64,000 nt of DNA from Octopus sinensis (Eukaryota): the NCBI RefSeq assembly GCF_006345805.1, contig NC_043006.1:83824001-83888000 (forward strand), written 5' to 3'. Each line of letters begins with the position of its first letter. Position 1 is the stretch's first letter. Below the pieces are notes generated by a model that was not told where the DNA came from, ran no database searches, and was given only the letters and a program-made list of their open reading frames with translations. The translations under genes were made by a program, and so were the position numbers. Of this stretch, positions 11,811 through 24,324 are shown one piece after another.

Positions 11811-12258
11811 TAGGTCGTCGTCAACTTATGACCTATCTGACTTACAACTGATTGACTTTATGACAATTGGCATGCCAGCTCCCAGCAGCAATAGTAAAAT
11901 AGTCCAGTTGAAATCTAATGGTTTAAAATTTCATAGAAATTAATCCATCTATGTGTATGGATATATGTCAGCTAACAAACGCTTCCCCTAGGTTTGGTTA
12001 TCTATCACCACTGTGTTGGATAAATATCCTGTCGCAGAGACATCAAGGTAACCTCGTATTTGTTTATAAGACGACTGCTTGAGACTCCGGAATTTTTGAC
12101 TAATGCCAGTATAATAGTATAATACAGAATGCTGTGTGTGACTTTTACCTGAGAATGTACCTTAGGAATGTAAAAATATGAAACAAAGCTATGTAGGCCA
12201 AATCGACTTATGACCAGTTAATCAGAACCAATTGTGGTCGTAAGTCAATGACAACCTG
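11811..12258. mobile_element. pogo/Tigger-like non-autonomous DNA transposon
   Basis: 23-bp imperfect TIRs taggtcgtcgtcaacttatgacc / ggtcgtaagtcaatgacaacctg (17 of 23 match; most mismatches are consistent with CpG decay). TA on the left flank. Confidence 0.6.
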
Positions 12259-12261
12259 TCA

Positions 12262-12600
12262 TCATCGTTTAACGTCTGTTTTCCATGCTAGCATGGGGTG
12301 GACGGTTCGACCAGGGTCTGGGAAGCCAGGAGGCTGCACCAGGCTCCAGTCTGATCTGGCAGTGTTTCTACTGCTGGATGCCCTTCCTAACACCAACCAC
12401 TCTGAGTGTTGTGGGTGCTTTTTACATGCTACTGGCACAGGTGCCAGGCGAGGCTGGCAACGGCCACGATCGGTTGGTGCTTTTTACATGCCACCAGCAC
12501 AGAAGTCAGTCAAGGCAGCGCTGACATCAACCACATTCGGATGGTGCTTTTTACGTGCCACCGGCACAGGTATCACAACTACAATTTCCATTTGATTTTT
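12262..12600 (-). mobile_element. Short RTE 3'-end copy (other copies at about 13930, 16765, 19640, 22352, 30118, 33620, 46180, 48520, 52150, 53745, 60080)
   Basis: Shared terminus ccatgctagcatgg..gttaaacgatgatgat and ggatgcccttcctaacgccaaccac with the long RTE at 55905. Confidence 0.85.
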
Positions 12601-12770
12601 TGATACTATAGGCATAAGGCATGAAACTTTTTAAGGGACAGCTGGGCTAGTTGATGACATCAACCCTGACAGGATGAAAGGTAAAGTTGACCTCAGTAGT
12701 ATTTGAACTCTGGGTGTAAGACTAGCTACCCTTGGGAGCTCTTCTATGCTGATGACCTTTTTATTGGTAC

Positions 12771-13500
12771 CAGAATTAGAGAAGAAATTTCAGGTATGGA
12801 ACCAAGGTCTGGAATCAAAGGAACTTAGAGTGAATTTAGCAAAGACCAAAGTATTAGTAAGTAGGAAAACAGATAAGTCACAGATCCCTTTGGGGAGATG
12901 GCCCTGCTCAATATGTAGAAAAGGTGTCAGGAGAAACTCCATAAGGTGTATTCAGTGCAAGCTATGGACACATAAGCAGTGCAGCCGTATCACTGGACAA
13001 CTAATGGAGAAGGTAGTATTTACATGTGGCATATGTGCAGGTACAGAGAGCTACTACCTCTGTTAGTAATGAAGGGCCTTTCCCTCAGAGCGAAACGTAG
13101 ATTGTATGATGCTTGTGTACAAACAGCTATGCTGCTTGGCAGTGAGACATGGGCTGTGATTTCTGAGAATATGTGAAGATTTGGAAGAAATGAAACCAGT
13201 ATGTTTTACTGGATGGGTAATGTCAGTGTGCATATACTACAGGGTGTAAGTGATTTGAGAGAAAAACTGGGTAGCATGAAATGTATTGTGCTGGTATGTG
13301 TATGAATGGAGACAGTTGCATCAAGAGATGCTGATCTCTAATTGTAGAAGGAATATGTGGAAGGGGTAGACCCAGGAATACATGGGACGAGGTGGTGAGA
13401 AAGAATCTATAGACATTGGGATTCACAGAGGGAATGATAGGAGACTGAGACTCCAGGCAATTTGCTGTGCTTGAAAAGATATGTCAAGCTAAATAAAAGC
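12771..13500 (+). pseudogene. RTE LINE ORF2 C-terminal remnant (internally deleted, with stops)
   Basis: ELEKKFQVWNQGLESKELRVNLAKTKVLVSRK...WPCSICRKGV and RELLPLLVMKGLSLRAKRRLYDACVQTAMLLGSETW. Same family as 55905-58228. Confidence 0.9.
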
Positions 13501-14387
13501 GTGGTTGCCCCGCAACCCTCTCCAGCTGAGCATCCCTAATCTTGAGAGCCTGTAAGTGCTGGTGCTGCTGTTGCTGTTGAGCGAATGGTCTTCATCCCAG
13601 AGCTCGCAAGATGGGAGAAGTCCGAAACATGGTCCTTTGCCGAAGAGAAAGCGGGGTCAACCCCCGACACCAAGAGCATCGACGGATGGATGAATGCGCA
13701 TCCAAGCTCAGTGGTTGCATAGGAAGTCGGGGACAAGAAACAGGAAAAAAGAGTGAGAGAAAGTTGGGGCGAAAGAGTACAACAGGGGTCACCACAACCC
13801 CCTGCTGGAGCCTCGTGGAGCTTTTAGGTGTTTTCGCTCAATAAACACACACAACACCCGGTCTGGGAATCAAAACCACGATCCTCCAACTGCATATCCA
13901 CTGCCCTAACCACTGGGCCATTGCGCCTCCTGCTGGTGCTGCGTAAAAGCACCCAGTACACTCTGTAAAGTGGTTAGTGTTAGGTAGGGTATCCAGCCAT
14001 AGAAACCATGCAAAAAAAGGGAGGGAACCTGAACAGCACTTTGGCTGGTCAGCTCCTGTCAAACTCCCCAACCCATGCCAGCACGGAAAACAGATGTTAA
14101 ATGATGAGGATATACATGTGTTTGTGCATGTGTGTATCTATATGTATTTTCTCAAGAATTTAGTCAACTCAAGGAGCTTTAGTATAAAACACTTGTCTGA
14201 AAAGTTATGAAGAAAACTTCTTTATCCCGTAGCCTCGCCTGCACTCATTTATCTGTCTTTTTCTTGTTTTGAGTTCAAATTTTCCTCGAATCAGTTTTGG
14301 CACTGTTCTTGATACTAATCAGAAATAGCTCCACAATCCACAACATATATACTATATCTATTTTAAAAAAAAAAACTTTGATCAAAT

Positions 14388-14790
14388 AGGTGCAGGAGTG
14401 GCTGTGTGGTAAGTAGCTTGTTTACCAACCACATGGTTCCGGGTTCAGCCTCACTGCGTGGCACCTTGGGCAAGTGTCTTCTACTATAGCCTCGGGCCGA
14501 CCAAAGCCTTGTGAGTGGATTTGGTAGGCAGAAACTGAAAGAAGCCTGTCGTATATATGAATATATATATATATATATGTGTGTGTGTGTCTGTGTTTGT
14601 TCCCCTAGCATTGCTTAACAACCGATGCTGGTGTGTTTACGTCCCTGTTACTTAGCGGTTCGGCAAAAGAGACCGATAGAATAAGTACTGGGCTTACAAA
14701 GAATAAGTCCTGGGGTCGAGTTGCTTGACTAAAGGCGGTGCTCCAGCATGGCCGCAGTCAAATGACTGAAACAAGTAAAAGAGTAAAAGA
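14388..14790 (+). mobile_element. SINE family A (octopus OR-like, tRNA head, internal TA/TG microsatellite, gagtaaaa tail), full length
   Basis: aggtgcaggagtggctgtgtggtaag..gggttcagcctcac..ttgggcaagtgtcttc..gactgaaacaagtaaaagagtaaaaga. Confidence 0.9.
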
Positions 14791-15290
14791 ATGATTAATA
14801 TTAGATATTAGCACACTTGATCATAAACCAAGAAATTTTATTTTCTATTAAAATAAAACTGGCAATCTGTCAGTTACAATGACATGTGTTCCAGGTGATC
14901 CATGGCTCAGTAGTCAGAGCATCAAGCTCACAATCACAAGGTAGTGAGTTTGATTCCTGGATTGGGCTGTGTGTTGTGTTCTTGAACAAGACCCTACTTT
15001 TTCATGTTGCTCCAGTTCACTCAGCTGTAGAAATGAGCTGAGATGTCACTGGTGCCAAGCTGTATTGGCCTTTGCCTTTCCCTTGGATAACATTGGTGAC
15101 ATGGAGAGGGGAAACTGGTATTCATGGACAACTGTTAGTCTTCCATAAACAACCTTGCCCAGACTTGTGCCTTGGAGGTGCAATCTCATGGTCATCTATG
15201 ACCAAAGGGGTCTTTATGATCAATGGAATAGCATGCTCATGAAATTAATGTACAAGTAGCTGAGCACTCCACAGACATACATACCCTTAA

Positions 15291-15510
15291 CCTTTTTGTT
15301 ACCATACTTCTGTTGAGATGCTCTGTGTTTCTTTCAATTACTTTAAATATTACAAAGTATTTAGTAAAATAACTTAGTTATCATTAAGCTAGTGTTAGGA
15401 GCATAAATTTTGACTAAGGTTTGGTGGAAGATTTTAATTCAAAACTTATGAAAACAAGACATTTGTACTCAGAGCCAGAGCTCGTTTCAGCCGGGTTAGT
15501 AACGAAAGGG
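15291..15510. mobile_element. piggyBac-type MITE with TTAA TSD, inserted into a SINE
   Basis: TTAA at 15287-90 and 15511-14. Ends cctttttgttac / gtaacgaaaggg. The uninterrupted host site acccttaatgtagttctc is seen near 54067. Confidence 0.85.
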
Positions 15511-17555
15511 TTAATGTAGTTCTCAGAGGGATTTGGTGCAACACCAAAAGTGACAAGGCCGGCCCTTTTGAATTACAGGTACAACTTGTTTTTTCCAGCT
15601 GAGTGAACTGGAGTAACGTAAAATATAGTGTCTTGCTCAAGGGCAAAATGCACTGCCAAGAATCGAACTCACAACCTTATGATCAGTGGTCAAATACCCT
15701 AACCACTAAGCCATGTGCCTTCATAAATATTACAATAATTAGTAATGAAATTGTTTTAATTCTATGTCAACCATGACTGAGTAGACTGTTGAAGAAATGT
15801 CATCCAACGATGACCATCACCTCTTTTATTCAAACACAGCATTACAAGCTTGGAATTATCCAATATGTTTGGGTTTTTGTTTTCTTTTTAATGGCAGAAT
15901 CAGATTTGAGGTAGATTTGGTTGCTGTTTCTAGAAGACCATGTGACTATATTGCCGACTGGTATAGTGGTGTTGACAGGTATATACTTTGGTCATTTCAA
16001 ATGATTACAGCTTTTCCTTATAAATCTGTGAAAGGTCATTCTGCCAATGAATATACACACACTAGTAGAAATTCACTTCTTTAAATAATTGATCTGTAAA
16101 AGTTTTCTGTTATACATCTGTAGCCTTCTCAGTGAGTTTTCTGCATCTGTCACTTTTTATTTATGTGGAGTTATCAATTATGGTGTGTATAGGTGCAGGT
16201 GTTGATCAGTAATAAGCCACATGTTTTACTTCTTAATGAGTCATTTAATTCATATTGCCTTTACTAGAGACAAAGAAGGCTGAGCCCAGACTGACTGACA
16301 GACTCAATACTTTATGATCATTTCTACTATAGGCACAAAACCTGTATTTTGTGGGGATTGGGGACAATTGATCGCATCAACCCCAGTATTCAACTGGTAC
16401 TTGATTTATCGACCCCTGAATGGATGAAAGGCAAAGTTCACCTCAACAGAATTTGAACTCGGAACCTAAAGACAGGCAAAGTACCACTAAGCATTTTGCT
16501 CGACATGCTAACGATTCTGCCAGCTTGCCACCTTAGACTTGATACTTTAAAAAAGAGGTGACAACCCACCAAAACAGAGGTTCCTGATGCCACAATATGT
16601 AACCAGGTGTGCCTCAAAAATATCGAAAATTAATATCTAAAAAAAATGTCAAAAATAGAAACTGAAATTCAAAATTTTGCAATCTGTGTATCATACTTAA
16701 AGCAGATACATTACAGAAAGCCAAATTAACTTCTGTATTTGTCCAGAGGAGATAATACCTAACAACTGTTTTCCATGTTGGCATGGGTTGGACAGTTTGA
16801 CCGGAGCTGGTAAGGCCAGTACCAGGCTCCATTGTCTCTTCTGGTGTGGTTTCTACAGCTGGATGCCCTTCCTAACACCAACCACTTCACATAGTGTACT
16901 GGGTGCTTTTTAACATGGCACCAACATAAGTGTTTTTATGTGGTACCAGTATCAATTCTGCTGTAGTACACAAAAATATATCAGAAGCAGATGAAAGACA
17001 TCCACTAGAATTGGTACTGTATATCCATAGGGAATATTATCTCCAACCAAATGCTACACTTAATCTGGCTTTCCATGCTGTATCTGCATTAAGTATGTTA
17101 CACTGATGCCTGTTTTAAACCAATACTGCTTCTGTTGCACATCATGAATCAAAATATAAATTTTTGTTATGATACAAAATATCAACTGTAAGCTGTATAT
17201 GATGAAATTGGGGTACATGTATATCATGTGTCCAAACATAGAAAGCATTGCCAAAATCTTTAAGCATGTGTCTCTCTTTGATAATTGTGCTTCCATTTAA
17301 TAATTCTCCATACCTTAACCCTTTTGTTACCATTATTTATGTTTTTTTACTTGTTTCAATCATTTGACTGGTCATGCTGGAGTACTGCCTCGAAGGTTTT
17401 TTAGTCAAACAATTTGACCCCGGGACCTATTGGTTTAGCAAAAGAGACCAATAGAATAAGCACTAGGCTTTAAAAACAATGTTATGGGGACATAAATACG
17501 CCAACACCAGTTGTCAAGTGATGATGGGGGAACGGACACAAAGACACACACATAA

Positions 17556-17600
<45 letters not shown>

Positions 17601-17739
17601 GATTCTTTCAGTTTCCATCTACCAAATCCACTTACAAGGCTTTGGTTGGCTCAAGGCTATAGTAGAAGACATTTGCCCAAGCTGCCATCTGAAACACATT
17701 GTCTTGCTTTCAATTAATTTTCAAAGATGCAAAAGTTAG

Positions 17740-18700
17740 TAATATGACTCAGTCTTTATTAAGCCAGTGTTTGAAACATAAATTAACAATAAATTTTGAC
17801 AGAAGAAGGTTTTAATTTACATAACCTTCAAACAGTATATTTGTACTACAGCATCAAGGGTATCTCAGGTGTGTTGGTATCAAAAGTGTTAACCCTTTTA
17901 CAACCATTTTTCTGATAAAACACATTCCCTTTCTTTCAATTAATTTTAAAATGAATGAAAAATTTGATAGAATAACTTTGTCCTTATTAACCCTTTAGCA
18001 TGTAGATTTCTTTGTCAAATGTTTTGCTTATTTATTACCTCCACCTTAGCAAAGGTAGAGGTATTGTTTTCAGTTGTGTTTGTTTGCTTATCCGTGGACA
18101 AGATATCTCAAGAACCACTGGATGGATTTGGATGAAACTTTCAGGGATGTTTGGCCTTGTGACTGGCACAAACTGATTAGATTTTGGGATCGATCTGGTA
18201 CCAGACAAGGATTCTGGATTATTTTTCTTGTTTTTTTTTTCACTTAATTTTTGAGAGCGGTCAAGTTCATTCTTAGTATTATCATCTGTGAGAGCAGTTG
18301 AGTTTATTTCAGATATTCTCATTTTAAAAATCATCTCTGGCTAATCGTTGAAAGGATGTTGGTGTTGCTTTGGCAGAGGTTTGCACTCTCTGAGTGCGCT
18401 TGTTCACATTGTTTTGAATTAATCATGCATAATCTCTTAACTTCGAGATTTTGGTGATCTGATTGTTTATTTTTAAAATGGCATTGTAGGGTACATGTGA
18501 GAAGCCAGAATGGCTAGTTTGAACATAAAACCGGTAGAATGCTTGGGCCACATATGGCTGATTTATATGCTAAACAAGTTGGTTTTATAAACTTAAATCA
18601 ATAGGAAATTTTGATGGAAGACGGTTTAAATTTACAACACTTTTGAATGGCAAGTTTGCATTGTGGGCCCATGGGTGGTTTCAGATAGGTTGATGTCAAA
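17740..18700. mobile_element. Cluster of nested and tandem TTAA-bounded MITEs
   Basis: TTAA junctions at 17889-92 and 17987-90, followed by cccttttacaacc and ccctttagca. Matching right-end-like sequences atgctaaac (about 18568) and gatgtcaaaatagttaa (about 18692). Confidence 0.55.
18032..18404 (+). mobile_element. Non-autonomous Helentron/DINE-1-like element
   Basis: 5' subterminal hairpin cctccacc..ggtagagg (18038-18061), core atctcaagaaccactggatggatttggatgaaactt, 3' subTIR ggcagagg (18372-79), and 3' hairpin GCACTC-tct-GAGTGC (18383-97). Inserted in a T-rich site of a MITE. Confidence 0.7.
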
Positions 18701-18732
18701 ATAGTTAAATTATATTTATAGGCTGAGATATA

Positions 18733-19104
18733 TTCTTTTATTTGTTTCAGTCATCTGACTGTGGCCATCCTGGAGCACCGCCTCTAGTCAAACAAACAAA
18801 TCAACCCCAGGACTTCTTCTTTGTAAGCCTAGTACTTGTTCTATGGGTCTCTTTTGCCAAACTGCTAAGTTACGGGGATGTGAACACACCAACATCGGTT
18901 GTCAAGCGATGGTGGGGACAATCACACACACACACACACACACACACATACAACGAGCTTTTTTCTGTTTCCGTCTACCAAAGCTACTCACAAGCCCAAG
19001 GCTACAGTAGAAGATACTTGCCCAAGGTGCTGTGCAGTGGGACTGAACCCAGAACCATATGGTTAGTAAGCAAGCTACTTACCACACAGCCACTCCTGCG
19101 CCTA
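18733..19104 (-). mobile_element. SINE family A (diverged copy also at about 17340-17690)
   Basis: Reverse complement of the family A consensus. Confidence 0.88.
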
Positions 19105-20450
19105 TGTAAATACTTTTTTAGCACAAATTTATTACTCTACAAACAAAATGTAACAACATACTTTTGCTTGCTTTAAGTGCAATATGATATTTACCACTGC
19201 ACTAACTCATGGAAAATTATAGATATTATCAGAGGGTCACAGTATTATTTAAATAATAGTAGGCTAACTGACTCTATAGTATTTCGTTTTGGGCCTTTTG
19301 CATTTTGAGTTCAGATATTGTTGAGTAGTGGTATTTCATCTGCTGCTACGTTCTGAGTTCAAATTCTGCTGAGGTCAACTTTGCCTTTCATCTTTTCAGG
19401 GTCAATAAATTAAGTACCAGTTGTGTACTGGGATTCAATGCAATCAACTTAATCCCTTCCCCTAAATTTGAAGTCGTGTACTTCCAGTAGAAAAGATTAT
19501 TGGCATCTAATGGTGAGCCGCTAGAATTGTTAGTATGCCAAATAAATTCCTTAGTGACATACATTTTGTCTTGCTTTGTGTTCTAAGTTCAAATCCTGCT
19601 GAAGTCAGCTTTACCTTTTATCCTTCTCATCATTCATCATTTAATGTCTGCTTTCCATGCTAGCATGGGTTGAACGAATGACTGAGGGCTGGCGAACCAG
19701 ATGGCTGCACCAGGCTTCAATCTTGATCTGGCAGGGTTTCTACAGCTGGATGCTCTTCTTAATGCCAACCACTCCAAGAATGTAGTGGGTGCTTTTACAT
19801 GCTACCAGCACAGAGGCCAGATAGCCGCTCTGGCAACGATCATTCTCGGATGGTGCTCTTTAAGGCGGCTCAATAAAATAGAGTACTAATCAAGCACTAG
19901 GGGTCAATATAGTTAACTTTTCCCCTCACACTACAAGTTCAGGCTTTGCAGTTATTAGAAACAATTACTATTAATCCTGTAATTATCGTTTGCATGCTGG
20001 ACGACATTTCGCTTAACAACATTTCCTTTGTCTTTTTGTTCTGAGCTCAAATTCTGCCATGGCCTGCGGTCAATGATATAATTGCTAGTTGAATACTGGG
20101 GCTGATGTAATCAACTAGATCTCCCCCACTCAAATTTCAGGCTTTGTACCCTATATACTCTTTTACTCCTTTACTTGTTTCAGTCATTTGACTGCAGCCA
20201 TACTGGAGCACCACCTTTAGTCGAACTAATCAACTCCAGGACTTACTCTTTGTAAGACTAGTATTTATTCTATCGGTCTTTTATGCCGAACCAGTAAGTT
20301 ACGTGGATGTGAACACACCAACATCGGTTGTCAAGCGATGGAGGGGGACACACACAGACACACAAATACATACATATATATCTGTGTTTTCCATTCGTCT
20401 GTGTATTTAGCATTTGTTGAATGTTTATTTATGACATTTAAAAACAAATA

Positions 20451-21696
20451 CAGGGATTGGACCAAATAATGAAACCCCTTAAAATTTCAAACAAATTTAT
20501 TTTAATGTGTGACAGGACCGCCTTTGGCAGTAATTACAGCTTGAATTCTATGAGGTATAGACTCTCACAAAGTTTAATTGTTTCCAAAGGAAATTTTGTC
20601 TATTCTTCAGCTAAAACAGTCTCCAGTTCTTGTAGTGATGATGGTGGAGGATATCCACTACTTACTTGTGTTCCTAAAATGCACCACAAATGTTCAATAA
20701 TATTGAGATCTGAGGACTTTGGTGGTCAGATAAGATGTTCAACTTCGCTAGAATGTTCCTCATGCCATTCAGTAACAACTTTAGCTGTGTGAATTGGTGC
20801 ATTATCATCTTGAAAGATTGCATTTCCCTCCGGAAACAGTTCTGCAACCATAGGATGAATTTGGTCAGATAAAATGCTTAAATAGTCTTGACTATTAATT
20901 CTGCCATGAAGGGAAACCATTGGGCCAGCAGATTTTCAAAATATAACCCCCCCAGATCATCAGAGATCCTCCTCCATGTTTGACAGTTGGAAGAAGGCAG
21001 TCTGGGTCAAATGCTTCTTTTGGCTGTCTCCACACACGTACTCAGCTGCTGGTCAGAATTAAGGTAAAGGATGACTCATCCGATAAAATAACATTCTTCC
21101 ACAGTTCTAGGGACCAATTCTGTAAGTTTTTATTCCACTCTAAATGCTTTGCAACGTTTGTTTTTGAAAGCAGTGGTTTTCTGATTGCAGCCCTCCCGTG
21201 AAATCTGGCTTTGTGCAGCTCCCAGCAAACAGTTTTGTGGAAACTGGGTTCTCGAGGTGGTCATTAAGCCCTGCGGTAATTTGGGGAGCTGTACTTTTGT
21301 GATCCTTTCTAACAATTCACGTAAGAGTCCAACAGTCCTTATCTGAAAGTTTTGGTTTTCTTCCAGAGTTTTGATTCGATGAGGAGGTTTTTCCCTCTTT
21401 CTCAAAGGCTGTCATTGCTTTTGAGACAGTACTTCTTGATACACCAAACATTTTGGCTGTTTTCATTATGCGATCGCCTGTCATACAAGCACCAACAATT
21501 TGACCTCTTTGAATGTCCGATAGATATGTCATTTTTATGAATTTTAATTACCTTTTTCTGATGATATCTGAAAAGAAACAGCAATTTTAGCAAACCATAT
21601 TTAGCGACACTAATAATAAATCAAAAAACATAAAAATAAACAAGCATTTGACAGTTTTATAGATATTTCAAAATTATTATGCTAGGTGTTTCCAAC

Positions 21697-21699
<3 letters not shown>
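20451..21699 (-). mobile_element. Tc1-type DNA transposon of about 1.25 kb with a degenerate DD36E transposase
   Basis: TA flanks. TIR cagggattggaccaaataatgaaacc; the right TIR carries an internal deletion. Minus-strand fragments: MTYLSDIQRGQIVGA..GVSRSTVSK (HTH), WKNVILSDESSF, and FQDDNAPIH...*PPKSSDLNIIEHLW. Stops and frameshifts present. Confidence 0.9.
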
Positions 21700-21755
<56 letters not shown>

Positions 21756-22217
21756 GCTATGTCATATTCTGTTTGTTGTCTTTTTATTTAATCCTGGAAA
21801 TATATATATATATGATGGGCTTCTTTCACTTTCTGTCTATCAAATCCACTCATAAGGCTTTGGTCAGCCTGAGTCTATAGCAGAAGACACTTGCTTAAGG
21901 TGCAACGCAAGCAATGGGACTGAACCTGGAACCATGTGGTTGGAAAGCAAGCTTCTTACCACACAGCCACTGCTGCACTTATAGTAGAAAAAAATTATTA
22001 CTGCTGTAATTATTATTGGAGGATCATTAGTGTATTAGACAAAATGCCTTGCAGTATTTCTTCTGACTCAATATGTCCTGAGTTCAAATTCCTTTGAGGT
22101 CAGCTTTGCCTTTCATCCTTTCAGATTGATAAAATAAAATACCAGACCAATACTGAGGTCAATGTAATGAACTTACCCTCTACCCCTATAAGTGGTGAGC
22201 CGGCAGAAGCATTAGAA

Positions 22218-22769
22218 CAGTGGCTCCCAACCCTTTTATTTAAATGAGTTTTCCCACAGACCCCTTTTAATCTGCTTATCTTTATGTATATATATATATA
22301 TATATATAATGTGTGTGTGTGTGTATATATATATGAGACCTATTGAGTCAAGTACATCAAAATAAATATCAAATGGAAATTGTAGTTGTGATACCTGTAC
22401 CGGTGGCATGTAAAAAGCACCATTTGAACGTGGCTGATGCCAGCGCTGCCTTGACTGGCTTCTGTGCCGGTGGCACGTAATAAGCACCAACCGATCGTGG
22501 CCGCTACCAGCCTCTGGTGGCACGTAAAAAGCACCCACTGCACTCATGGAGTGGTTGGCGTTAGGAAGGGCATCCAGCTGTAGAAACACTGCCAGATCAG
22601 ACTGGAGTCTGGTGCAGCCCACTGGCTTCCCAGAACCTGGCTGAACCATCCAACCCATGCTAGCATGGAAAACGGATGTTAAACGATGATGATGATGATA
22701 TATATATGAAATTTTGAATTTAGTTGACGGACCACCAGCGGTCCACGGACCCCGGATTTGGAACTACTG
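22218..22769. mobile_element. hAT (Charlie-like) MITE with 8-bp TSD, containing an RTE 3' end
   Basis: TIRs cagtggctcccaa / ttggaactactg. TSD cattagaa (22210-17, 22770-77). RTE 3' UTR plus (GAT)n at about 22352-22700, inside an internal (TA)n. Confidence 0.85.
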
Positions 22770-24256
22770 CATTAGAACATGAGATAAAATGCATAACAAT
22801 ATTTCTCTTGACTCATCACATTGCTTTTCAACCTGTCAGAATTGATAAAATAAAGTACCAGTCAAGTACTGCAGTTGATACAATCAACTTGGCCACTCCC
22901 CTCATAATTGTTGTCTTTTTGCCAACAAGAAAAAAAAAAAAAATTATCATTATCAGCATTTTTAAAAGTGCAAACTGGCAGAATCGTTAGCATACCAGGC
23001 TAAATGTTTACTGATTTTTTTTCTGTCAGTCTTTACATTCTAAGTTCAAATTCTGCCGGGGTTGGCTTTGCTTTTCATCCTTTCAGGGTTGATGAAATAC
23101 GTATCATTTGTGTACTGGGGTTGATGTAATCGATTGTCCCCTTCCCCCAAAAATTTCAGACCTTGTGCCTATAATAGAAAGGATTATTATTAGCATTTTC
23201 ACTTAAGCCAAAACTAAGCCTTTGGATAGGTTTGTATCAGATTCCTTGTTCTTACGATCACTAACATTCCAGCCAGGACCATCCGGTTTTAGTATTTATT
23301 TTTTTATGTAACAGGTGCAGGCAGAGTTGTGTGGTTAAGAAGTTTGCTTGTCAACCACATGATTTTGGGTTCAATCCCACACTGCATGGCACCATGGGCA
23401 AGTGTCTTCATCTATGGCCCTGGACCAACAATTATCATACAATGTCAGAACAAAAACTCCCAAATATTCACACTCACTCACACACACACACTCATACACA
23501 CACACTCACACATACACACACTCACAAACTCACTCACACTCGCTCACGCACACTCACACACACACACACATGCAAACTTGAGCGCGCAAACTTGCATGTG
23601 CGCAAACTCACTCACACACACACAAACTCACACACACATACACACGCATGCACACACAAACACACACACACACATACGCATGCACGCACACACAAATGCA
23701 CGCACGCACACAAATGCACTCACTCACTCACTCACACACTCACACACAGAAATACACCCATGTGCATGTGTGTGTATGATTATTTCTCTCACTTTCTGTC
23801 TATTAAATCCATTCACAAGCTTTTCGCGTTGGCCCAAAGCTTTAGTGGAAAATACTTTCCCATGATGCCATACAGTGAAACTGAACCCAAAACTGTGAGG
23901 TTGGGAACCATTTAAGCACATGGCCATACCTGCATCATTGTATATCGATCTTTATTTATTGATTTCAAATTTTGGCACAAGGCCAGCAGTTTCATGGGAG
24001 TGGGTAAGTTGATCACATCAACTTCAATACTGAACTGGTATTTATTTTACTGGCCCTGATAGGATGAAAAGTAAAGTTGACCTCGGCAGAATTTGAACTC
24101 GGAACATAAAGACTGACAAAATTTTGCTAAGCATTTTGCCCGGCATGCTAACGATTCTACCATCTTGCCACCTTATCGATCTCTATTTATTGAATGACTA
24201 TGTAACCATTCCATATTAAAGGGATACAACTCAACACCCCAATTTACACTAGTAGA

Positions 24257-24263
24257 AACACAA

Positions 24264-24324
<61 letters not shown>

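Noticed and set aside
16960-17330. Short ORFs weakly resembling LINE RT
   Set aside because: Motifs too degraded to assign.
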